This document shows, in pieces, positions 26,608-34,967 of a stretch of 50,968 nucleotides of DNA. Source of the DNA: a virus (lineage: Duplodnaviria > Caudoviricetes); IMG/VR virus record IMGVR_UViG_3300020711_000014, positions 1-50,968 of that record; one strand, given 5' to 3'. The notes beneath the pieces were generated by a model, which ran no database searches, was not told the origin of the DNA, and worked only from the letters and a program-made list of their open reading frames with translations. Made by a program: the position numbers and the translations under genes. The number at the start of each line of letters is the position of its first letter. The stretch's first letter is position 1.

Positions 26608-29600
26608 ATGACAATACTATTATTTGCAAACCAAGCGCAGACCACTCTTGCGTTACCAGTAGCCCCTTCTGATACTACTATCTATGTAGCTAGTGGTACT
26701 GGTAATTATTTTCCCAACCCACAGGCTGGGCAAGGTTTTAAATTAACATTAGTTAATTCAACAAATTCATTAATAGATGAAATTGTTTTGGTAACAGCCC
26801 GTTCTGGCGATGTCATGACTGTTGTTCGTGGTCAAGAAGGAACAATTCCTCAAGCTTGGAAGTTTGGAGATTTTGCAGTTAACTTAGATACTGCTGGTTC
26901 TTCTGATGCTTTTGTTCAGTTCGATCAAATTGAAAATGGTTCTATTAATGCGTACTTTAATAGTATGCGAACCACTACAGGACAAGTGGATTCTGTTCCT
27001 GTAAACCCAACAGATTTAGTAAATAAAGCATATGCCGATTATTTAATTCAAGGCATGACACCAAAAAAAGAATCTCAATGTGCCACAACGACAATTGCAC
27101 AAGGTGGTGGAAATATTGCTTTATCTGGTTTGCCCATTATTGATGGTTATCAAACTGTTGCAGGAGATCGGGTTTTAGTTAAAAACCAAGACAGCCCTGC
27201 TCAAAATGGTATTTATGTAGCTAGTGCTGGAGCATGGCTCAGAGCTACAGATATGGATGTTTGGTCAGAAGTTCCAAGTGCTTTTACTTTTGTTCAAAAC
27301 GGTACATACAATGTCAATACAGGTTGGGTAGCTATTGCTCCAGTAAACGGAACAATTAATGTAACTCCAATTAATTGGACACAGTTTTCTGGGTATGGAA
27401 TTTCAGGTTACTCTGGTTATTCAGGTTATTCTGGCTATTCTGGCTTTAGTGGTAGCTCTGGCTATTCTGGATCAGGTACATCAGGCTATTCAGGCATAAG
27501 CGGATTTAGCGGTTACTCTGGCTGGTCAGGAATCTCAGGATACAGCGGTCAATCAGGTTTTAGCGGCACTTCTGGTTATTCTGGATCAGGTGTATCAGGA
27601 TTCTCTGGCTATAGTGGCTACAGCGGATTTAGTGGCATTTCTGGCTATTCTGGAATTAGTGGCTATTCTGGCATTAGTGGATATAGCGGCATATCAGGCT
27701 ATTCTGGTATTTCGGGATACAGCGGATCTGGCATTAGCGGATATAGCGGTTCTGGTATTTCAGGATATTCAGGAACATCAGGCTGGTCTGGCATCTCTGG
27801 CTGGTCAGGCTATTCAGGCATTAGCGGTGCATCAGGCACTTCAGGTTGGTCTGGTTATAGTGGTTATTCAGGCACATCAGGTTGGTCAGGTATTTCTGGT
27901 TGGTCAGGCTACTCTGGCACATCGGGTTGGTCAGGAATTTCTGGCTATTCTGGATATTCTGGAACTTCTGGTTTTAGCGGTTATTCAGGAATTTCTGGGT
28001 ATAGCGGAATTTCTGGTTACTCAGGCATTTCTGGCTATTCAGGAGTATCAGGTTTATCAGGATATTCAGGATCAGGTATTAGTGGGTATAGCGGATTTTC
28101 TGGTTTTAGTGGCGCACAAGGTACATCCATTAATATCAAAGGAACTGTTGCAACTCCAGCAGATTTACCAGCAACAGGCAATCAAGTTAATGATGCCTAT
28201 ATTGTTACTTCCAATGGCGATCTCTATGTATGGAATGGCACAGCTTGGTTTAACGCTGGTCAAATTGTAGGTACATCGGGCTATTCAGGTTACTCTGGAA
28301 CATCAGGATTTTCTGGTATTTCTGGCTACTCTGGCACAAGTGGATTTAGCGGTATCTCTGGTTATAGTGGCACAAGTGGCTATAGCGGATTCTCAGGTAT
28401 TTCTGGTTATTCAGGCTCTGGTGTAAGTGGATATAGCGGTTGGTCTGGTATATCAGGCTGGTCTGGCTATTCGGGCTATAGTGGCACTTCTGGCTACTCT
28501 GGTACATCAGGCTGGTCTGGTTACTCAGGAACTTCAGGATGGTCTGGTATTAGCGGATATAGCGGTTATTCTGGCACTTCAGGATGGTCTGGTATTAGCG
28601 GTTTTTCTGGTTACTCTGGCATCAGCGGAACTAATGGCGCTTCTGGATTTTCAGGAATTAGTGGTTACAGCGGTTACTCTGGAAGCGGTGTATCGGGGTA
28701 TTCTGGATTTTCTGGTTATTCTGGAAGCGGTGTATCTGGTTATAGTGGATATAGCGGAAGCGGTGTAAGTGGCTATAGCGGATATTCAGGATATTCTGGT
28801 TCTGGTGTAAGCGGTTATAGCGGATATTCTGGTTTGGGATATTATGGATTAACCGCAACAGGATCAAATTCATTAAGCCTTGGTAGCAAATCTTTTACTA
28901 CCAATTTAGATGCTTCTACTACAGCTTTTTCTGTTGGGCAATATGTCAGAGTATTTTCTACATCTGTGCCATCTCAATTTATGGAAGGCTTAATAACCGC
29001 ATTTACAGGAACTTCACTAACAGTCAATATGACTTATGTAAATGGGGTAGCATCTTTTAGCAATTGGACAATTACTGATTCTGGTGCTGTTGGAACTTCT
29101 GGCTATTCTGGCTATTCTGGTATTAGCGGGGCAAATGGCGCTTCTGGATTAAGTGGCTATTCAGGATTCAGCGGCATATCTGGGTACTCTGGATTCTCAG
29201 GAATTAGCGGATATTCTGGATCAGGTGTAAGCGGCTATTCTGGATACAGCGGAACAAATGGAACTAATGGCGCATCTGGATTAAGTGGTTACTCAGGATT
29301 TAGTGGCATATCCGGATATTCTGGTACAAACGGTTCTACCGGTATAAGCGGTTATAGCGGTTACAGCGGGGTTAACGGATCAACTGGAACTTCTGGTTAT
29401 TCAGGCTATTCAGGTTTAAATGGTGCAACAGGAACATCTGGTTATAGCGGTTATTCAGGAGCTACTGGAGCAACTGGCACTTCTGGTTACTCTGGTCAAA
29501 ACGGTGCAACAGGTACTTCTGGCTATTCTGGTTATTCAGGACAAAATGGCGCAACTGGAACATCGGGATACAGCGGATATTCTGGACAAAATGGATCTAC

Positions 29601-30126
29601 AGGAACATCAGGCTACAGCGGATATTCTGGAGCTACAGGTTCTGCTGGAACTTCTGGATACTCAGGTTATAGTGGTGTAGCCCCATCAACAGTTACTACT
29701 ACCAGCACTTCTTCTGGTTCAACATTCTATTTAGATTTTGTAGCTGCCAATGGCGGTTCAGGACAAACTTTATATAACAACGGATCTTTAACTTATGTTC
29801 CTTCAACAGGAACATTAACAGCTACATCTGTTGCTGGCTCATCAGATGAAAGATTAAAGAAAGATTGGGAAGATCTACCTGAAAACTTTATTGAGTTGCT
29901 TGCACAAGTGAAACATGGGGTATTTACCCGTATCTCTAGCGGCAATAAAGAACCCGGTGTATCTGCTCAATCTATGCTAAATGCTTTAGCTCAAGCAGTT
30001 ATTGAAGGCGAAGATGGTATGCTGGCAGTTAATTATGGCGGAGCAGCATTAGTTTCTGTTATAGAATTAGCAAACTTGGTTCTCAAACTTAAACAAGATA
30101 TTGAGGAATTGAAAAACAAACCATAA
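26608..30126 (+). CDS. Long fibre with Gly-X-Ser collagen-like repeats and C-terminal S74 intramolecular chaperone
   Basis: N-terminus paralogous to 25134 gene; GDRVLVKNQ...NGIY domain; SG(Y/I/F/W/T) runs; SDERLK autocleavage motif. Confidence 0.85.
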   Translation: MTILLFANQAQTTLALPVAPSDTTIYVASGTGNYFPNPQAGQGFKLTLVNSTNSLIDEIVLVTARSGDVMTVVRGQEGTIPQAWKFGDFAVNLDTAGSSDAFVQFDQIENGSINAYFNSMRTTTGQVDSVPVNPTDLVNKAYADYLIQGMTPKKESQCATTTIAQGGGNIALSGLPIIDGYQTVAGDRVLVKNQDSPAQNGIYVASAGAWLRATDMDVWSEVPSAFTFVQNGTYNVNTGWVAIAPVNGTINVTPINWTQFSGYGISGYSGYSGYSGYSGFSGSSGYSGSGTSGYSGISGFSGYSGWSGISGYSGQSGFSGTSGYSGSGVSGFSGYSGYSGFSGISGYSGISGYSGISGYSGISGYSGISGYSGSGISGYSGSGISGYSGTSGWSGISGWSGYSGISGASGTSGWSGYSGYSGTSGWSGISGWSGYSGTSGWSGISGYSGYSGTSGFSGYSGISGYSGISGYSGISGYSGVSGLSGYSGSGISGYSGFSGFSGAQGTSINIKGTVATPADLPATGNQVNDAYIVTSNGDLYVWNGTAWFNAGQIVGTSGYSGYSGTSGFSGISGYSGTSGFSGISGYSGTSGYSGFSGISGYSGSGVSGYSGWSGISGWSGYSGYSGTSGYSGTSGWSGYSGTSGWSGISGYSGYSGTSGWSGISGFSGYSGISGTNGASGFSGISGYSGYSGSGVSGYSGFSGYSGSGVSGYSGYSGSGVSGYSGYSGYSGSGVSGYSGYSGLGYYGLTATGSNSLSLGSKSFTTNLDASTTAFSVGQYVRVFSTSVPSQFMEGLITAFTGTSLTVNMTYVNGVASFSNWTITDSGAVGTSGYSGYSGISGANGASGLSGYSGFSGISGYSGFSGISGYSGSGVSGYSGYSGTNGTNGASGLSGYSGFSGISGYSGTNGSTGISGYSGYSGVNGSTGTSGYSGYSGLNGATGTSGYSGYSGATGATGTSGYSGQNGATGTSGYSGYSGQNGATGTSGYSGYSGQNGSTGTSGYSGYSGATGSAGTSGYSGYSGVAPSTVTTTSTSSGSTFYLDFVAANGGSGQTLYNNGSLTYVPSTGTLTATSVAGSSDERLKKDWEDLPENFIELLAQVKHGVFTRISSGNKEPGVSAQSMLNALAQAVIEGEDGMLAVNYGGAALVSVIELANLVLKLKQDIEELKNKP
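27388..29676 (+). repeat. 9-bp-period degenerate coding repeat (Ser-Gly-X), three blocks
   Basis: Approx. 27388-28113, 28270-28833 and 29091-29676, with varied synonymous codons. Confidence 0.95.
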
Positions 30127-30132
30127 GGATTA

Positions 30133-31377
30133 GTGATGCAATCCCCAAAGTATTCGGTAGTGATACCGACTTACAATAATTGTGAGAAATATCTAAAACC
30201 GTGTATTGATTCCATAATTAAATACACCGAAATGACCGACATAGAGTTGGTCATTTCTGCTAATGGCTGTACCGATAACACTGCAAAATATCTAGAATAT
30301 TTAGCAACAGCGATTCCTAACTTATATGTCGTTTGGAATGACGAACCTTTAGGTTTTGCCAAAGCTATTAATCAAGGCATAGTAAATACTATTGGGCATA
30401 AAATAGTGTTTTTAAATAACGACACTTTGCTGTTAGAACAACCAAAAAATGATTGGTTAAAACGACTAGATATTGGCGACATTGCGTCGGTTCTAACGCT
30501 AAACTCTCCTATTACAAATCAATCGTTTGCGGTTTTCTTTTGTACCATGATTGATCGCCAAGTATTTGATGATATTGGCGTACTAGATGAATCATTTAAA
30601 ACAGGTGGCTGTGAAGATATAGACTTTTGCAAACGAGCTACAGATGCGGGCTTTAGGCTAATAGATGTGGGCTATCGGGGTGATTTTCCAATATATCACG
30701 CTGCTGAAGGCACTGTTCACGATACTAGTCTTGTACAAGATTGGAGCCAAAAATTCCATGCCAACGAGCTGCGTTTAGCCAAAAAATGGAATACGGATCA
30801 TTACCGCTATTTGCTATCCAATAATTACGAACGAGCTGTATTTCTAAAGGGCGATCCTGTATTTCCCCGAGAAACTACACGCTATGAATGGGCGGCAAAA
30901 AATCTTGATGACAGAACAAACGTCGTAGAAATTGGCTGTTCTACCGGTTACGGAAGTCAATTTTTCCCGAACTACTATGACTATGTTGGTATTGATTACG
31001 ACCCCATTATTGTGCAAGTAGCTAAAGAACAAGATTGGGGTTTTACAAGGGCTTTTACCCACGCTGACATTAATAATTGTGACTTAGGAACGGCAGCCAC
31101 TATTGTTGCTTTTGAAGTCATTGAGCATTTAGATAATGGTTTAGAGATTGTTGAAATGCTAAAAACAAAATGCCATCGGTTATTAATTTCGGTGCCGTGG
31201 AATGAGCCTAAAGGCTTTTGGGGTGAACATCACAAATTGCATGGCTTAAACGAAAGCCACTTCCCCGGCTTTATGTTTTGGTACATTAACCACGCCGGAG
31301 TTTTATCTGCGGAGCCGCAAGCAATTACCCCTGAAAATCCTAGTAATTTAATGCTTTGCAGGTGGGATCATGAGTAA
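30133..31377 (+). CDS. GT2 glycosyltransferase fused to class I SAM methyltransferase
   Basis: SVVIPTYN, FLNND, EDIDFC; then VEIGCSTGYG and FEVIEHL. Confidence 0.85.
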   Translation: MMQSPKYSVVIPTYNNCEKYLKPCIDSIIKYTEMTDIELVISANGCTDNTAKYLEYLATAIPNLYVVWNDEPLGFAKAINQGIVNTIGHKIVFLNNDTLLLEQPKNDWLKRLDIGDIASVLTLNSPITNQSFAVFFCTMIDRQVFDDIGVLDESFKTGGCEDIDFCKRATDAGFRLIDVGYRGDFPIYHAAEGTVHDTSLVQDWSQKFHANELRLAKKWNTDHYRYLLSNNYERAVFLKGDPVFPRETTRYEWAAKNLDDRTNVVEIGCSTGYGSQFFPNYYDYVGIDYDPIIVQVAKEQDWGFTRAFTHADINNCDLGTAATIVAFEVIEHLDNGLEIVEMLKTKCHRLLISVPWNEPKGFWGEHHKLHGLNESHFPGFMFWYINHAGVLSAEPQAITPENPSNLMLCRWDHE

Positions 31378-32341
31378 AGTTCTTTGCTCAATAGCTACCA
31401 GAGGTAGATACCAGTCCACCCTGCCGCTTGTTTTACAGGCGGTTATTAATCAAACTTGGCTACCTAATAAGGTAGTTATTTTTGATGACAACGATGAACC
31501 TCAAGACATGCGGCAAGAGTTCATCTATCAGCATTTATTTAAACAGATGCAAATCAAAGGTATTGAATGGGAGTGGCTGTTTGCCGAAAAGAAAGGGCAG
31601 CACCATATCCATCAAAAAGCCAACTTGATGGGCTATGAGTGGGTATGGCGCGTCGATGACGATTGCGTTCCAGAACCAACTGTTCTTCAAAGCCTGTATA
31701 GCCATGCATCCCAAATAGACAATGTGGGGGCAGTAGGTGGTGCCATCATTACAGGACAGCCTATTAACGCAGTTAATTCCACCGGATTAATTAAAAATAT
31801 TAATTTAGAACCTAATATTCAATGGGACTTTATTAAAGGTATCCGCGAGGTAGAGCATCTGCATTGCTCTTTCTTGTACCGCGCTGGAGTGCATGATTTT
31901 AATACCGGGTTATCCCGTGTAGCGCACCGTGAAGAAACGCTGTTTACTTATGGGTTATATCAAAAAGGTTATAAAATTTTAGCTGTTCCCTATGCTACAT
32001 CTTGGCATATGAAGAACCCCCAAGGCGGCATTCGGGCTGAAACTAACGGAGAAATGTATCACCATGACGAACAAATTTTCAGAAACCACCTTAGCTATAG
32101 TGGGCGTACTATTGTGGTACTTAATGGTGGTCTTGGGGATCACATTGTGTTCAGTCGTATATTGCCTGAAATTCATAACCCAATTGTTTTTGGCTGCTAT
32201 CCTGAAATTATTGAAAGCGATTCCATAGCTAAAGCGCAACAGCTTTTTGGCAGCTTAGATCAATGGAATATCTACGCCAAGATGGATCAGTGGAAGTGGA
32301 CTGATAGCTTAGAAAATGCTTATAGAAAGCTCTATCTATGA
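31370..32341 (+). CDS. GT2-like glycosyltransferase with C-terminal GT9-like N-half
   Basis: IFDDND, WRVDDD (DxD), REET; C-terminal GGLGDHIVF. Confidence 0.75.
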   Translation: MSKVLCSIATRGRYQSTLPLVLQAVINQTWLPNKVVIFDDNDEPQDMRQEFIYQHLFKQMQIKGIEWEWLFAEKKGQHHIHQKANLMGYEWVWRVDDDCVPEPTVLQSLYSHASQIDNVGAVGGAIITGQPINAVNSTGLIKNINLEPNIQWDFIKGIREVEHLHCSFLYRAGVHDFNTGLSRVAHREETLFTYGLYQKGYKILAVPYATSWHMKNPQGGIRAETNGEMYHHDEQIFRNHLSYSGRTIVVLNGGLGDHIVFSRILPEIHNPIVFGCYPEIIESDSIAKAQQLFGSLDQWNIYAKMDQWKWTDSLENAYRKLYL

Positions 32342-32772
32342 TTTTAATACACCCTTTTGCCAAACCTTTAGTAAAAGGTAGGGAAAACCCTAAAAACTAT
32401 CCATATTGGGAAGAACTTGTATACGAATTGCAAAAAACTATGCACGTCGTTCAAATTGGGCTAGAGGGCGAACGTCAATTAGTTCCTGATTTTCGCAAAG
32501 GGTTATCCATGCCCCAATTGCGTCAGCTCATTAAAGAGTGCAAAACGTGGATTGGTATTGACAGTTTTTTTCAGCACTTGGCTTGGAGTGAGGGCAAACC
32601 GGGCATTGTGCTTTGGTCAGTTTCTGACCCAAACATTTTTGGGCATCCGGAAAACATTAATTTACTAAAAGACCGTAAATATTTGGCGTCAAATCAATTC
32701 CTTTGGTGGGACTTTACAGAGCATAATCCAGACGCTTTTGTAAAACCGCAAGAAGTGTTAAACTTTCTGTAA
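32338..32772 (+). CDS. GT9 (heptosyltransferase-like) C-terminal domain
   Basis: ILIHP..KNYPYW..VVQIG..IGIDSFFQHLA...KPGIVLW. Confidence 0.75.
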   Translation: MILIHPFAKPLVKGRENPKNYPYWEELVYELQKTMHVVQIGLEGERQLVPDFRKGLSMPQLRQLIKECKTWIGIDSFFQHLAWSEGKPGIVLWSVSDPNIFGHPENINLLKDRKYLASNQFLWWDFTEHNPDAFVKPQEVLNFL

Positions 32773-32800
32773 CTTTTAGTGTTTAAATGAGGGGTAGGCT

Positions 32801-33064
32801 ATGTCTTGGGAGTCCATAATCGCAGCGATAACGCTAGCCTACATGTTTATTAGTGGACTCATCGGTTGGTGGACAAATAGCATTTCCCGTAGTCAAAAAG
32901 AAGTTAGTGATGCCCAAGCGCAGCTTGCTAGGGATATGAAAAAACTAGAAGTAATGCTTCCAAATGAGTATGTTAAAAAGGCTGACTTAGACCAACGATT
33001 ATCAAGAATGGAACATACATTAGACTTGATAATGGCAAAATTAGATACTAAACAGGATAAATAA
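32801..33064 (+). CDS. Membrane protein, 1 TM plus coiled coil (holin/antiholin-like)
   Basis: Hydrophobic N-terminus; first gene of lysis cluster. Confidence 0.55.
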   Translation: MSWESIIAAITLAYMFISGLIGWWTNSISRSQKEVSDAQAQLARDMKKLEVMLPNEYVKKADLDQRLSRMEHTLDLIMAKLDTKQDK

Positions 33065-33246
33065 TGTTCTCTAAAATCTGCACCCTCCTCCGTAAAAAGC
33101 CTGTAGAAACCAAACTTCCTGAGTTTCCCGTAGAAATACCGGTAAAAGCTAAAAAAGAATTAGTTAAAAAAGCTACTACTCGTAAGCCTGTAGCTAAAAA
33201 AGCAACTATTGTTGCCAAAAAGACAACTATCAAAAAGAAAAAATAG
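33064..33246 (+). CDS. Lys-rich basic peptide
   Basis: Repeated (V/A)KKAT; TAATG-coupled. Confidence 0.6.
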   Translation: MFSKICTLLRKKPVETKLPEFPVEIPVKAKKELVKKATTRKPVAKKATIVAKKTTIKKKK

Positions 33247-33247
33247 T

Positions 33248-33616
33248 ATGGAAAATAAACCTGATATTTCTTTTGATTCAGCAAAAGAAGTTGCTGGACG
33301 TTCCATTGGTAAGCATGGTCTTGCTTATATTACAGCCATTATTGTTATTTCTGTAGCTGCCAGTATATTTTTAGATACTGCCAAAATAGCCGCCGTAATC
33401 GGTATGGCGGGCGGTGCAATTATGGCAATTATCAATATGATGAATGCAGTATCTGGCACAACCGAAAAAGAAGAAAAGCCAGAATTTGCGGTTATTCAAA
33501 ATTTGATTGATAAGTTAGACCATCTTGCAGATAAAGAGCCTCCAATGTCAGTTACAGTTGATGGCGATAAAGTCACTGTCACTAAAGGTGAAGATACGAT
33601 TACGACCAAAAAATGA
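33248..33616 (+). CDS. Two-TM membrane protein (holin-like)
   Basis: Two hydrophobic segments; start reassigned to ATG 33248. Confidence 0.55.
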   Translation: MENKPDISFDSAKEVAGRSIGKHGLAYITAIIVISVAASIFLDTAKIAAVIGMAGGAIMAIINMMNAVSGTTEKEEKPEFAVIQNLIDKLDHLADKEPPMSVTVDGDKVTVTKGEDTITTKK

Positions 33617-33858
33617 ACAAAATATTAACCCACCTTCTTACAGGTAAAGATAATGAAACTCATGATATTGCTCGTTGGGCTTGGGCTTTGGGCTTTATTG
33701 TGGTTGCTATTGCTGCCATTTATTTAATTTATAGCGGCAAAGAAATTAGCCTTACAGAGCTTGCTGGCGCGCTGGGTATTGTTTCTGGGTCTGGCGCCGC
33801 GTCTGTAGCTGCTAAACAAATGTCAGGATCAGAGCCAAATGTTCCCTCTTCCAATTAG
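33613..33858 (+). CDS. Holin-like membrane protein
   Basis: Two hydrophobic segments; ATGA overlap. Confidence 0.55.
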   Translation: MNKILTHLLTGKDNETHDIARWAWALGFIVVAIAAIYLIYSGKEISLTELAGALGIVSGSGAASVAAKQMSGSEPNVPSSN

Positions 33859-34252
33859 CGCATATATCTATGCCGGTTTAGTTTTAATAGCTTTAGCTGG
33901 TGTAGGCTATGGCAGACATGAACATACTGTGTTTGAAGAGTACAAAGCTGAAGAAATTGCTAATGCACGGCTAAAAGAACATCAACTTCAAGATGCCACC
34001 GATCAAATAAGGAAAGACAAAGATGCTCAAATCAACGCTATTAATGACCAGCTTGCTACTGTTCTTGTGCAGTTGCGCTCCCGAACCAGTAGGAACGATA
34101 AAGTATCCAACAATGGACAAGGTGGAACTGGGATGTCCCTTTTTGCCGAGGATGCAGCTTTTCTTGACGGGGAATCTGCCCGTGCCGACAAATTGCGGTC
34201 AGCCCTTGACGCCTGTTATAAACAGTACGACGAAGTAACTGGGAATAAATAA
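33839..34252 (+). CDS. Inner-membrane spanin (Rz-like)
   Basis: N-terminal TM, coiled coil, C-terminal ADKLRSALDAC. Confidence 0.75.
   Translation: MFPLPISAYIYAGLVLIALAGVGYGRHEHTVFEEYKAEEIANARLKEHQLQDATDQIRKDKDAQINAINDQLATVLVQLRSRTSRNDKVSNNGQGGTGMSLFAEDAAFLDGESARADKLRSALDACYKQYDEVTGNK
34023..34238 (+). CDS. Outer-membrane spanin (Rz1-like lipoprotein) nested in Rz
   Basis: Signal peptide with lipobox LCSC, Pro-rich mature part, +1 frame inside Rz. Confidence 0.75.
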   Translation: MLKSTLLMTSLLLFLCSCAPEPVGTIKYPTMDKVELGCPFLPRMQLFLTGNLPVPTNCGQPLTPVINSTTK

Positions 34253-34698
34253 TGGAGTACTCTAAAGATGGTTTACACCTTACTGAGCAGTTTGAAGGAG
34301 TACGGCTTACTGCTTATCCAGACCCCGGGACTGGTGGAGATCCTTGGACTATTGGTTACGGTCATACTGGGGCTGATATACACGCGGGATTGACCATCAC
34401 TCAGGCGCAAGCCGAAGAGTATTTGCGTCAAGACGTGCAAAAAGCAGCCGCCAATGTAAACACCCATGTCAAAGTTGAAATCACTCAAGACGAGTTTGAT
34501 GCACTTGTGGACTTTGCATTTAACTGCGGATGCGGCAACTTGGACACTTCTACGCTATTAAAGAAACTTAATGCTGGCGATCACGAAGGTGCCGCGCAAG
34601 AGTTTCTTAAATGGGATATGGCTGGCGGACACCATATGGCGGGTTTGCTGCGCCGCCGTCAAGCAGAAGCAGCATTATTTTTGACTAAACTAGCATGA
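34252..34698 (+). CDS. Endolysin, GH24 lysozyme
   Basis: FEG.RL.AY.D...WTIGYGHT; FN.G; GLLRRRQAE. Confidence 0.95.
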   Translation: MEYSKDGLHLTEQFEGVRLTAYPDPGTGGDPWTIGYGHTGADIHAGLTITQAQAEEYLRQDVQKAAANVNTHVKVEITQDEFDALVDFAFNCGCGNLDTSTLLKKLNAGDHEGAAQEFLKWDMAGGHHMAGLLRRRQAEAALFLTKLA

Positions 34699-34910
34699 GC
34701 GCCGACTTTTTTGATGAGGCTTCAGACATGGAAGCCTTGCATCGTGACTTAGCTATTAAGGCTATTCGTAACGAAAAGAAAACGCCCTATACCGGGCATT
34801 GTTTGTGCTGTAATGAATTGATACCCCAAGGCAGATTCTGTTCCGCAGAATGTCGTAAAGATTGGGAAATGGAACAAAAAATTAGAAAAATAGCTGGAAA
34901 ATCTCTATAA
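34695..34910 (+). CDS. C4 zinc-finger protein (DUF2116/TraR-like)
   Basis: D..DEA N-terminal helix; CLCC...FCSAEC. Confidence 0.7.
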   Translation: MSADFFDEASDMEALHRDLAIKAIRNEKKTPYTGHCLCCNELIPQGRFCSAECRKDWEMEQKIRKIAGKSL

Positions 34911-34967
34911 GTCATTGAATTTCCATATAGTTCGTTTAATATGCGAACTATTGTCATAAGGATTACT

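Noticed and set aside
27388-29676. CRISPR, minisatellite or assembly artefact
   Set aside because: Synonymously diverged 9-bp units in one open frame; a protein-level repeat.
27590-29680. Alternative-frame ORFs inside the fibre repeat (27590, 28427, 28658, 29420)
   Set aside because: By-products of the periodic codon pattern.
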